Translations under genes and position numbers: made by a program
Notes under the pieces: generated by a model
Told to the model about the DNA's origin: nothing
What the model saw: the letters and a program-made list of their open reading frames with translations, nothing else
Databases searched by the model: none
Assembly: GCF_902713615.1 (NCBI RefSeq)
Contig: NC_052162.1
Span: 63,293,913-63,357,912, forward strand
Length of the DNA stretch: 64,000 bases
Direction: 5' to 3'
DNA from: Scyliorhinus canicula
Lineage: Eukaryota
Part shown: piece by piece, positions 1 through 9,861 of the stretch
Position numbering within the stretch: position 1 is the first letter of the stretch
Layout: each line of letters opens with the position of its first letter

Positions 1-1258
1 GGCCGCCCGCAAAGCCAGGTCCCGCCAGTACAAACCTTCTGTAATTTACCCCGCCTGCAGTGGCTGAAAACGGGCAGCCGCTCGGCCCATCGTGGATTGG
101 AGAATCGCCGGGGGGGCCGCTGCCAAAGGCGCGATTCCCAGCCGGCCAAAAACCCTGCGCCAGAGAATTTGGCAGCTGGCTTCGGGGCGGTGGGGCGGGA
201 TTCACGGCGGGAGGTCGGAGAATCCCACCCGAGGACTCTATGTGCGGTACCCTGCTGCCCGCCTGGGCTCTTTCCTGCCTATTGCATTCCGACTTCTCCT
301 GCGGGGACAGAGATAGGCCATTGTGAGCCTTATGCTTCATGCTTCATAACGGGGGGGCGAGGAGGGTGCTGATGGGATTCAGGCGTGAGCACCACTGTTT
401 GGTGGTATGGTGCTGGAGGGGGTGTACAGTGTCAACCACTGGCTGTTTGGCAGGGGAGTCTGGGGTGTCAGGTGGGACTGGTGCCAGGGGCCAATGCCAA
501 TTCACCCGTGCGGCACGGTAGAGGTCGTTGAGCTTCTTCCGACACTGAACTGAGGTCCTCCTAGTTATGCTAGTTACGAGGTCCTCCTAGGTCCTAGGTC
601 CTCCGCACCTTCAGGGGCTAGACTGGCGCCAGAGTGTTTGGCGCTGTGCCAGGCGGCGCGGAAGGGCTTGGCGCCATGCCAACTGGCGCCGAAGGGTGTC
701 CGTCGGCCGGCACGAGTTGCCGCATGTGCGGGAGCACCAGCATGTGCTGGCCTCATCCCAGTGCATGAGCAAAGGGTTCTTCTCCACGCCGGCCATGGCG
801 GAGATTGTCAGCGGCCGGTGCGGAGGGAAAGAGTGCCCCCACGGCAGAGGCCCGCCCGCGGATTGGTTGGCCCCGATCGCGGGCCAAGCCACCGTGGGGG
901 CACCCTCCCAGGGCCAGATCTCCCCGTGCCCCCCGCAAGGACTCTGCAGGCCACCCGTGGTGCCAGGTCCCACCGGTAAGGACCTGTTGTGATTTACACC
1001 AGCGGGACCCGCCGAAAACGGGCAGCCACTCGGCCCATCGTGGGCCAGAGAATCGCCGGGGGGGCCACTGCCAGCGGCCGCCGACCGTCGCGGCACGATT
1101 CCCGCCCCCGCCAAAACCCTGGCGCCGGAGAATTCGGCAGCCGGCACCGCCCCCTGGTAATTCTCCGACCCGTCTCGCCTGGTCGACCGTCGGGAAGCAC
1201 CCGGCAAGTCATACTCTCTCGCTACCGCACTTACTGCTTTTCCCTTTAGATCGCGCCC
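1..1258 (-). mobile_element. Degenerate PIF/Harbinger-type DNA transposon, internally deleted and cut by the window start
   Basis: GC-rich, with repeated subterminal GGAGAATC/GATTC motifs and an internal duplication (~60-135 vs ~1013-1100). Terminal GGGCGCGATCTAA on the minus strand at 1258 resembles the termini at 22684 and 36755. The minus strand at ~505-560 translates RTSVQCRKKLNDLYRAAR, a Myb/SANT (trihelix) motif typical of Harbinger ORF2. Confidence 0.65.
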
Positions 1259-2383
1259 ATACCTTTGAGATGAAAAAAATAGTGTGGGCATCCTGCCGTC
1301 TGTGACTTCACGCACTGACCTTGCTAACTCTCACTCCTTTTGAGACGCTATATGTTAAAATGTTTTTCTTTCAAAACACCAGCAAACCCAGTTCCAAAAA
1401 TGACAAAATAAATCTGTCTGCCTGGCCAGAACCTTTCATTTCCACTACCAGTAAACCTTAGAGTTTAATGATCTATCACTGATATAAATCAATTCAAAGT
1501 CATTCATCTGCATTCAGTACAACACTTGCCTCCCACTCATTTCCGACGCACTGACAGTACAATAAAGGTTTTGAGATGATTTGTTCAAGCTATTGAGGTG
1601 TAAATCAATACACGTCAAAGTACAGCAGCAGGGCAGGAAATTACACGCCTCAGACAGAGGGTTGTAAACAACTAAACAGGAATGACTTCAGAACACCAGC
1701 TGCTGCTGCTGCTGGTCGAATCTACACATCATACAACTTGCTTCATCTGATTCATTTTACGGATGCAATATCCTGTTTCAGTAGCTCAATTCTAATTAAA
1801 AATGTCCAAAGTAAATTTGCTTTTGCTTTGTCGAAGGCTGGTATTGTCATTTGGTAAAATGCAAGTGAAGTTAACAAAAATGTACAATATCATTAAATAG
1901 GTGTTGTACCTAACTTTTGTCAGTAGTTTCTGTGGCCTATTTACTTAATGGAGTGCTGAAGGGCTTTGACCATGCTCTAATACTATAGCATGTTGCTTTG
2001 CATGTCCACACTACCACATTCACTGCAAAGAAATATTCTCACTGAAGCAGCTATACTTACCTCAGGGTGATCGTGACATGAGCATGATGTCTTGCATGTT
2101 TTCTTTCTCATTTCTGATGATGCTCCAGACTTGTGAACCCTAGATACAGATGATGTATCACAATAGCCAACAACAACTTGTATTTATATAACACCTCTAA
2201 AGCTGTAAAATGTCCCAAAGCACTTGACAGGAACTATAAAAGCTCAGGAGATCCGAGAAGGTGATTCAAATGGAAGTTTATTTATTACCGAAAGAAAAGG
2301 CCCTTACACGGCTAACAGCACATAGGTCCCATCCGGGACTACCGATCATGTCGGTCCCAATCTGGGCCGGCTTTTAAGGGTTG

Positions 2384-2649
2384 TGTGGTGATCACAAGTT
2401 AACCAGATGCAACACAACTGAGCGACCACTAGAGGGAGCACGGGAGAGCCATATAAATACATCAGGACAGGAAGTGAGGACACTCTTCACAGCAGGCGGG
2501 CTGGTAAGCAGGACACACAGCAAGCAAAGCTGGTAGTTAGCACTGGAAGGTAGTTCTAGGTCGAGCTCTGGAAACTGAACGAACTCACAATAAAGCATCT
2601 TCTCCACACTTGAGACTACGAGCTTTATTAAGATACGAGGAACAACACA
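2384..2649 (+). repeat. 5' LTR
   Basis: TGTGGTGATC...AACAACACA, containing TATA-like ATATAAATA (~2451) and AATAAA (~2589). Confidence 0.95.
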
Positions 2650-2664
2650 TGGTACCCAGGAGTG
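2650..2664 (+). other. Primer-binding site, probably tRNA-Leu(UAA)
   Basis: TGGTACCCAGGAGTG directly after the LTR. The complement of the vertebrate tRNA-Leu(TAA) 3' end is TGGTACCAGGAGTGG; this copy has one extra C. Confidence 0.7.
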
Positions 2665-2717
2665 ATTTCAGGACGCTTACGACAGGACAACTCAGCTGCA
2701 GATACAGAAAGCACAAA

Positions 2718-3491
2718 ATGGCATGGAAATCTCATACTGGACATTTGACTGGGGAAGACATCGCTAATTCGAGGATGTGGCATGGATACCCACCTCAGCT
2801 GGACACGACTGGTAATGTAATAAATGTCTGGAAAAGGTTTAAACAAATGTTCGATTTTTATCTCCTAGCTAATGATGTTGCAGAAGCCTCAGACAAAATT
2901 AAAATAGCAATTCTCATCGAAGGGCCTGTCAATAGGAAAGTGTATAATGGATTTAAATACTCAAAAGGTGAAGACAGGAACAGCTTACAAACGTTACTAA
3001 ACAAATTTGAAGAGTACTGTGAGAAGTTTGAACAGCAAGGCATGCTCACAGTCCAACCTGCACAGAGACTGAGTGATGCAAGACTTAAAAAATCACAAAA
3101 AGATCAGGAAATCGCGAATGCACAGTACAGATCAAAAAGAAGAAATAACAGGAATTTTTCACAAAGCCAAAACGCTGAAATCCAGTCCAGATCGGAAATA
3201 AAAGGTAACTTACAACTTTTAGAAAGAAAAAACGCTGAAATCCGCGATAAAATGGCGTCGGGGCACATTTTGCAGTCTATGGTAAACAAAGAACTACAAA
3301 TCGCGTCTGCGCATGCGCCGGAACCGGAAGTCGCGCATGCGCAGTTTACAAAAGATCGCGGCGCCGATCGTTATGCGCATGCGCAAGCCGCGCATGCGCA
3401 GTCAAAAAAAGTGCGCAATGGACACCGAACCGCACAAGGAAAGAAAGCCGATTTGCGCATGTGCAAGTCGTTCCTACGCGTGACGTCATGA
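2718..3491 (+). CDS. Gag-like ORF1 of the LTR element (alternative upstream ATG at 2649)
   Basis: PPQLDTTGNVINVWKRFKQMFDFYLLANDVAEASDKIKIAILI...LLNKFEEYC resembles the N-terminal gag region of Gypsy/Mag-type elements. No CCHC knuckle seen. Confidence 0.75.
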   Translation: MAWKSHTGHLTGEDIANSRMWHGYPPQLDTTGNVINVWKRFKQMFDFYLLANDVAEASDKIKIAILIEGPVNRKVYNGFKYSKGEDRNSLQTLLNKFEEYCEKFEQQGMLTVQPAQRLSDARLKKSQKDQEIANAQYRSKRRNNRNFSQSQNAEIQSRSEIKGNLQLLERKNAEIRDKMASGHILQSMVNKELQIASAHAPEPEVAHAQFTKDRGADRYAHAQAAHAQSKKVRNGHRTAQGKKADLRMCKSFLRVTS

Positions 3492-3523
3492 CGTCTGAGA
3501 ATCCTGACCACGCCCACTTAAAA
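3249..3523. promoter_or_regulatory. Putative internal CpG promoter inside the ORF1/ORF2 overlap
   Basis: YY1 AAAATGGCG 3249-3257; NRF1 GCGCATGCGC at 3309, 3333, 3375 and 3390 (variant at 3455); ETS CCGGAACCGGAAGT 3318-3331; CRE TGACGTCA 3481-3488; KLF/Sp CCACGCCC 3508-3515. Confidence 0.55.
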
Positions 3524-5866
3524 GGGAAATGCCCGAAAATTGAAAACAAGACACTTAAAGTGGTAAAACCAAATTTTCTTGCCTCAGAACACAGAAAAAC
3601 GCCTGAACTTAAACCAACAGTGAAAAACAACTTGCACAAAACCTTGGAAAAAGCTGCCTTCACCACACACAGTGAAGCGAACAAAAAGAATTCCGAAACA
3701 ACAAAAGATGATTTGTTTTTCGACGATTACCTCTCAGACCTGACTGGGTCAGTCGGATATGCTTATCACAGCATCAGCGACACGGTCGCAAAGCACAACA
3801 CGAACCAACTCGTGGTAGAAGAAGCCAACGAAGATGAAATGGGTTTCAAAGAATACTACTCAGACATGGAGGAGTTATTTGGACATGCTGATCACAGCAT
3901 CAGCGACACCGTTGCAAAGCTCAACACGACTCTACTCATGGTGGATGAATCCAACACCATGGTGCCATGGCAGCTCGTCGATACATTGGATGACAGCAAT
4001 ACCCAAGACGAAGACGACGCCACACAGAGAGCACAGGAAGACTCCACGGAGCGAGCGATGACAGGCTCCACAGTGCGGGTGATGAAAGACGCCAACAGGG
4101 ATGCAAGCAAACACTCCCAGGCGGACACCAAGCATGAACAAGACCATGAAGGTAAACCCGCTGTACCTGAGCAACCGCAAGCAGACTATGAAAGTCTACC
4201 AAGCTCACAGGAACAAGAAGAAAGAGCGGACTATGAAAGTCCAACACGCTCACAGGAACAAGAAGAAAAAGCAGACTATGAAAGTCCAACACGCTCACAG
4301 GAACAAGAAGAAAGAGCAGACTATGAAAGTCCAACACGCTCACAGGAACAAGAAGAAAGAGCGGACTATGAAAGTCCAACACGCTCACAGGAACAAGAAG
4401 AAGACAATGCACCTCTGCCCACTGCATGCGAAGACAGTGACAGGGTGCTCGCACTCGACGTACAGGATCACAGTGAGACTGACAGTTCTCAGCTTGTCTG
4501 TACCGAAGCACAGAGCGAAAACAGTGACAAGGTGCTCGCACTTGACGTACAGGATCACAGTGAGACTGACAGTTCTCAGCTTGTCTGTACAGAAGCACAG
4601 AGTCGGGCCACCCAACAGTCCAGAGAGACAACGCCAAAAGAAAACATGCAGATTTTGACTCCAGAAGAGGAGCACCTGGAGTCCACAGAGACAATGCCGA
4701 AAGAAACCATGCAGATTCTGACTCCAGAAGAGGAGCACCTGGAGTCCAGAGACATCAAACAAAAAGAAACCGTGCAGATTTTGACTCCAGAAGAGGAGCA
4801 CCTGGAGTCCAGTGAGATAACATCAACAGAAATCATGAAGATTTTAACTCCAGAAGCGGAGCACCAAGAGTCTAGAGAAACCACGTCAACTGAAATCATG
4901 CAGATTTGGACTCCAGAAGAGGAGCGCCGAGAGTCCACAGACACCGCGTCAAATGTAATCAAGAAGACTTTGACTCCGGAAGACGAGCACCAAGAAAGCA
5001 AAGATGCGGAATCCAATTCTCCACAACTGATTGATGTCACCTGCACCGATGCAACATCAGATCATTCGCACCACTCGCGAGAAGACGAGCACCAAGAAAG
5101 CAAAGATGCGGAATCCAATTCTCCACAACTGATTGATGTCACCTGCACCGATGCAACATCAGATCATTCGCACCACTCGCGAGACGGAATGCTCAATGAC
5201 TCAAATTATCCACTCGGGATACTCATAGAGTATAACAAGAAAAACAAAAGTCAAAAGAAACACAGCAAGAACAAAAACAACATGAAGCGCGACAAGACCA
5301 ACAACAATAGCAAGAAGCACAGCAGAAACGAGAACGACAACAGCAAGAATAAAAGCAACATGAAGCGCGACAAGACAAACAACAATAGCAAGAAGCACAG
5401 CAGAAACGAGAACGACAACAGCAAGAATAAAAGCAACATGACGCGCAACAAGACAAACAACAACGTCAGCCACAAAGATAGCGACAACGACAGAGGCAGA
5501 AACAACAAGAATGGCAACAAACACAACAAAGTCAGGAGCAAAGATAGCGACAACAACAAAGACGGAAACGACAAAAACAGCGACAAGTACGGCAACGGAA
5601 ACAACAAAAACAGGAACGACAGAAACAACAGCAATGAAACAACGACTTGTACACAATGGCACTACTTGGCACATGATGGACGATGCCACAGCACACTGCA
5701 AAACGATAACAAGACTACAAACATGTCATGGGATGACAACGAATCGCACAAACTCACGTCTGCTCCAGAACAAGCAAGCACACCAGCATCCAAGGCGGAT
5801 GAGACAATAAATCAACACCACAAGCACAAAAAAAAAAGTCCATGCCAGTCAACATCAGTGATGTGA
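3461..5866 (+). CDS. ORF2 of the LTR element: ~800-aa low-complexity tandem-repeat protein of unknown function
   Basis: Uninterrupted ORF, open from 3251 in the -1 frame relative to ORF1. Built from 45-, 87-, 63-, 102- and 78-bp repeat units, all multiples of 3. No PR/RT/RNaseH/IN motifs. Confidence 0.7.
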   Translation: MQVVPTRDVMTSENPDHAHLKGKCPKIENKTLKVVKPNFLASEHRKTPELKPTVKNNLHKTLEKAAFTTHSEANKKNSETTKDDLFFDDYLSDLTGSVGYAYHSISDTVAKHNTNQLVVEEANEDEMGFKEYYSDMEELFGHADHSISDTVAKLNTTLLMVDESNTMVPWQLVDTLDDSNTQDEDDATQRAQEDSTERAMTGSTVRVMKDANRDASKHSQADTKHEQDHEGKPAVPEQPQADYESLPSSQEQEERADYESPTRSQEQEEKADYESPTRSQEQEERADYESPTRSQEQEERADYESPTRSQEQEEDNAPLPTACEDSDRVLALDVQDHSETDSSQLVCTEAQSENSDKVLALDVQDHSETDSSQLVCTEAQSRATQQSRETTPKENMQILTPEEEHLESTETMPKETMQILTPEEEHLESRDIKQKETVQILTPEEEHLESSEITSTEIMKILTPEAEHQESRETTSTEIMQIWTPEEERRESTDTASNVIKKTLTPEDEHQESKDAESNSPQLIDVTCTDATSDHSHHSREDEHQESKDAESNSPQLIDVTCTDATSDHSHHSRDGMLNDSNYPLGILIEYNKKNKSQKKHSKNKNNMKRDKTNNNSKKHSRNENDNSKNKSNMKRDKTNNNSKKHSRNENDNSKNKSNMTRNKTNNNVSHKDSDNDRGRNNKNGNKHNKVRSKDSDNNKDGNDKNSDKYGNGNNKNRNDRNNSNETTTCTQWHYLAHDGRCHSTLQNDNKTTNMSWDDNESHKLTSAPEQASTPASKADETINQHHKHKKKSPCQSTSVM

Positions 5867-6306
5867 CCATGCAAACACCTCGGGATGACGCATTGGGTAC
5901 TTAAGATAACAAGGAACACCAACAACATTCACAGCGGACTTGCAATATCAATATCAACACGTCATCAACAACAAAAAGAAAAAAAAAGCTCTGAACAAAT
6001 TCATCAAGTTTGGACTCATAAATGTGTTTATTAAGTTTGGACATATAAATACATTGGCTTTGTTAACTAAGGCAATAGCATCATCACTTGTATAGATACG
6101 CATATCATAAGTTACTGTTTTGTATAATTTTCCTTAATGATGTACAGAAACTATGTAATGAGAAAGAGGGGGATGTGGTGATCGTAGATTGACCAGATAC
6201 AAAAACAACAGAGCAAACACGAGCGGGAGAGCTATAAATACACTGGGACAGGATATACAATTTTCTTTAACGATGTTCAGAAAATATGTTAAGAGAAAAA
6301 GGGGGA

Positions 6307-6572
6307 TGTGGTGATCACAAGTTAACCAGATGCAACACAACTGAGCGACCACTAGAGGGAGCACGGGAGAGCCATATAAATACATCAGGACAGGAAGTGA
6401 GGACACTCTTCACAGCAGGCGGGCTGGTAAGCAGGACACACAGCAAGCAAAGCTGGTAGTTAGCACTGGAAGGTAGTTCTAGGTCGAGCTCTGGAAACTG
6501 AACGAACTCACAATAAAGCATCTTCTCCACACTTGAGACTACGAGCTTTATTAAGATACGAGGAACAACACA
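6307..6572 (+). repeat. 3' LTR
   Basis: Copy of 2384-2649, preceded by PPT AAGAGAAAAAGGGGGA. Confidence 0.95.
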
Positions 6573-8689
6573 GGTTGATTCAACGGGCCCCAGTCCTCGT
6601 ATGCGCGAGCCCCATGGGGTGATCAATCCAATCAGCCCCGTGGGTCTCATGAGGGTTATTACAGGAATATAATCAGACAAAAATTAACACCAAGCCAAAG
6701 AAGGTGATTGGTGGATCTCAGTTAAAGAGATAGGTTTTAAGACACATCTTAAAAGGGAGAGATGGGCAGGTGAAAAGGTTGCAGGAAAGTTAGATGCAGA
6801 TTTGGCATTCGCTCTTATACCGGACATTTGTGGATTTTGAGAAGTTCACATTTAGTGTACTTGCTGGTGTGTGGGGTTCAATATTTTTGCCAGCTCTTCA
6901 AAACTTGTGCTTCCTTTTACTCCAAATGTTTCCAAACCCTTCCTTTAAAGTTTTTGATGCCGAAGTTTTAAAATTGGCCGCCCTGATGCAATACCCACCT
7001 CTGGATTGTTGAGCTGCTTCAGGGGACGCATGCCGGACTGGACTAACAGTTATCTGGGGAAATGTAAATGAGGCCAGGCCGCAATAATGAAATTGATGCT
7101 GATTCGCTCAGGTGGACACATCACATGGTCTGACCATCACATGCCTGATATGCCACCAAGCAAAATAATTTACCTTAGATCTTCCCAATCTCATCTATGC
7201 TGTACATGGCCATGTAATATGTTACACTGATATACTGTGCTAGAGAGTAGTAAGATATATTTTGGCACATGCACGTTCTCAGTGTTCGACTGGTCATTGG
7301 GGCAAACCCCAAATGTTCAGTCAAATGGATGAAGGAAAGCTGGCAGGCAGCTTAATGTCTTTCTTTTGCACATTTTGTGACAAGCTCAACAATGGTATTA
7401 TCAGATGCCAATCTCTTCACCAGGAAATGTCTTCATCATCTTTGAACCACTTCTTTAGCACAATGCCTGTAAATTCTCCTCTGAGATTTTCTCCCAGGTA
7501 TGTGGAATTGTTGAAAAAAATTCCTGCTGGAGAGGACGCTGGGAATTTGCACCGTATTATGCAGTCTGGAGTGTCCTGAAGTTCAGCACAGCGGGGCAGG
7601 CTAGATGGCTCGCACCCAACCATCATATCCAGGTGCCATATTTAACAGGAGACTGGACATCAACTGACCCACCATTGAAGTCAGAAGATCCACCTTCTGG
7701 AAGATTGTGAAGATAATAGATCCATTTCATATAGGTTACACCCAGCTGCTGCACGTGGTGTTCCAGGATCCCATTGTTGGAGGCCTCCACCTTCACTCCC
7801 AATCTCAGTGAGTTGTCCCAGGCCTTCTTCTAGGGAAGTCTGACATTTGCACGTGGCACCACGTTGGTCCAAAAACCCTCGAAAAAGCTGCTGTCAAAAA
7901 CGCTTGAAAAAGTTATATCTTGTTGACTAAGGTGAAACTGGGTTTTTAACAAGTCCACTAAGATTATAATCGGTGCTGAAAAACCTCTCAGACTCATGAA
8001 AACGAACTTTATATTTTTGGAATGTCATATTTCTTCACTATAATAAATTTCACATTTTTAAAAATAATTTTTGTAGAGATTTGTATATGCTTTATCCTGT
8101 GAATATCCAAATCATTTGTTTTACATTCTGTAAAATGTGATTAAAGGTGAAGCATAATCAGTACATATTAGTCCCTGGCAAGTTGTCTCTGTGAATACAT
8201 CAATGTGATTGGCTACTTATCCTGCTTCATGACATCACTGTTACTGAATGCCCGAAGATCACCTAGACTTAGCTTGAATCAAACCAAACTGATGTCAGAG
8301 AAGGGGAAGCCACATCACAGATTCCTTGATTTTGTGAGCAGCTTTCTTCAAGAACAAACAATGACTCTTTGTTGCTGACCACAAAATCAGAGTTAATGTT
8401 TTATGTTGGTCTTGGGGGTTTAGTGGTGGCAGACTCGCAGCTAAGTCAGAAAGCTGTAGATTTAAACCCCATTCCAGAGATTTGAGCCTGTAATCTAGGC
8501 TGACACTTCGGTGCAATGCTCACAGGGTGCTGCTGTTTTGGAGGTGCAGTATTTCAGCTGCACTGTTAAAGGAAAGCCTGTTCTGCTGTCTCAGTAGGAT
8601 TGAAAAGGTCCCAATGCTCTATTCATAGAACAGCGAAAGAAGTATCAGGGTTGTCATTTATCTTTCAACCAACATAGAATTTGAATTTC

Positions 8690-8862
8690 TACAACATTCT
8701 ACATTCGGCCCATCGAGTCTGCACCGACCTTCTGAAGGAGCACCATACCTAGGCCCATACCCCTACCCTTACCCTGTAACCCCACCTAACCTGTACACCC
8801 ATGGACACTAAGGGGCAATTTTATTATGGTGAATCCACCTAACCTGCATGCCTTTGGACTGT
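8690..8862 (-). mobile_element. SINE 3' fragment (HE1/V-SINE family)
   Basis: Matches the 3' half of the SINE copies elsewhere in the window (GGGCAATTT...AATCCACCTAACCTGCA...TTTGGACTG). Confidence 0.65.
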
Positions 8863-9861
8863 TGAAATGGCAACTTTAATTTTTCTTTTCCTCTCTGGCC
8901 ATTTTCTCTCTCTCTTAGTCCAATTTTTCTTTCCCTCTCATTGTTTTGCTTTCAATGCATGATTTGAGTCCAATTCACCAACCTTATCTTTCATTTCTGT
9001 TTCTTTCTCAATCCTCATTAGTGAAGAACTAATCGATCCCGTCGATCTTGTCATTCACTAAGATTCCAGATCCCCCATTGCCCTCACTATGCCATTTATC
9101 ACCCCATATTTTCAGCAAAGTATGGGGTAAAACATTTTCAAGATAAAGGGTGCAGGAATAAATCTAACTAACGGGACATGCCGCAAGGTGCCATGCTCCA
9201 GCAAGACCTGGTTTATTATGTTTTACATCCCTTTTTTTGTTCCCAGTCATTTGTTGATTTAATTTAGAAAATTGTCTGTTTGGACAATGAGAACGAATTG
9301 CCTTGCTGGGAGAAGGGAAATTGGCTTGGCAAAAATATACATTGCAATTGGAATCATGACTAAGAAAACAAAGATAGAATGCTTGCTATAAAAACCCACA
9401 TTATAACATGCTCTGGCATCACACAGCTCTGCAAGGAGATTTTAAATAAAAGTGTTCTGTATTAACAAATAGTTCATTACAATGATGACTGCAGCTTGCA
9501 CACATGAAGTCTGAATTTTAAATAAGAACTAAATTAATGTTCATAGAAAACTAAAACACTCACTGTTTCAATACTCATGGGATAAATTGGCAATTTCTTT
9601 TCCAGAAATGATGAATAAATTCTAATATATTTATAAACGAGTTTAATTTCCCCCCCCCCTCCGCAAACCCCGCCCCTATCACCAATGATTATGAGATGAA
9701 TTGAATCCAGATTACTGCTTCCTGCATTATTGTCGTTTACCCATTTATTCATCAAGTAGAAATTGCTTTTCATTTGAATGACTCCAGCTCTGAACCCATC
9801 ATGCTGACAACTTAGGGAAAAAAGCGTGAACATGAAGAAGCATAACAACAAAGAAACTCAC

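Larger units (their letters stand above)
2384..6572 (+). mobile_element. Young non-autonomous Gypsy/Ty3-like LTR retroelement (4189 bp) lacking pol
   Basis: Two 266-bp LTRs with TG...CA ends (2384-2649, 6307-6572), identical by eye. 5-bp TSD GGTTG (2379-2383, 6573-6577). PBS at 2650, polypurine tract at 6291-6306, gag-like ORF. Confidence 0.95.
2235..6663 (-). mobile_element. Older solo LTR (~240 bp: 2235-2383 plus 6578-6663), split by the young LTR element
   Basis: Minus strand reads TGTAATAACC...GCTTTTATA (TGTAA/TTACA-like termini) with AATAAA near 2278-2286. Flanked by GGAAC (2230-2234) and GGAAT (6664-6668). Confidence 0.55.

Noticed and set aside
60-1315. Many overlapping GC-rich ORFs
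   Set aside because: Stop-poor GC-rich transposon sequence; only the short Myb/SANT remnant is recognisable.
1263-2140. Minus-strand segments with AG/GT boundaries (1263-1347, 2061-2140) as MAO exon 2 candidates
   Set aside because: In the required phase they hit stops and lack the expected xAAKLL...VLEARDRVGGR motif.
4180-5180. Regularly spaced repeats superficially like a CRISPR array
   Set aside because: Contiguous coding tandem repeats without unique spacers, in a vertebrate genome.
5201-5701. Very hydrophobic or Cys-rich antisense ORFs (5201-5701, 5223-5456, 5251-5634)
   Set aside because: By-products of the T-poor, AAC/AAG-rich plus-strand repeats; no independent coding evidence.
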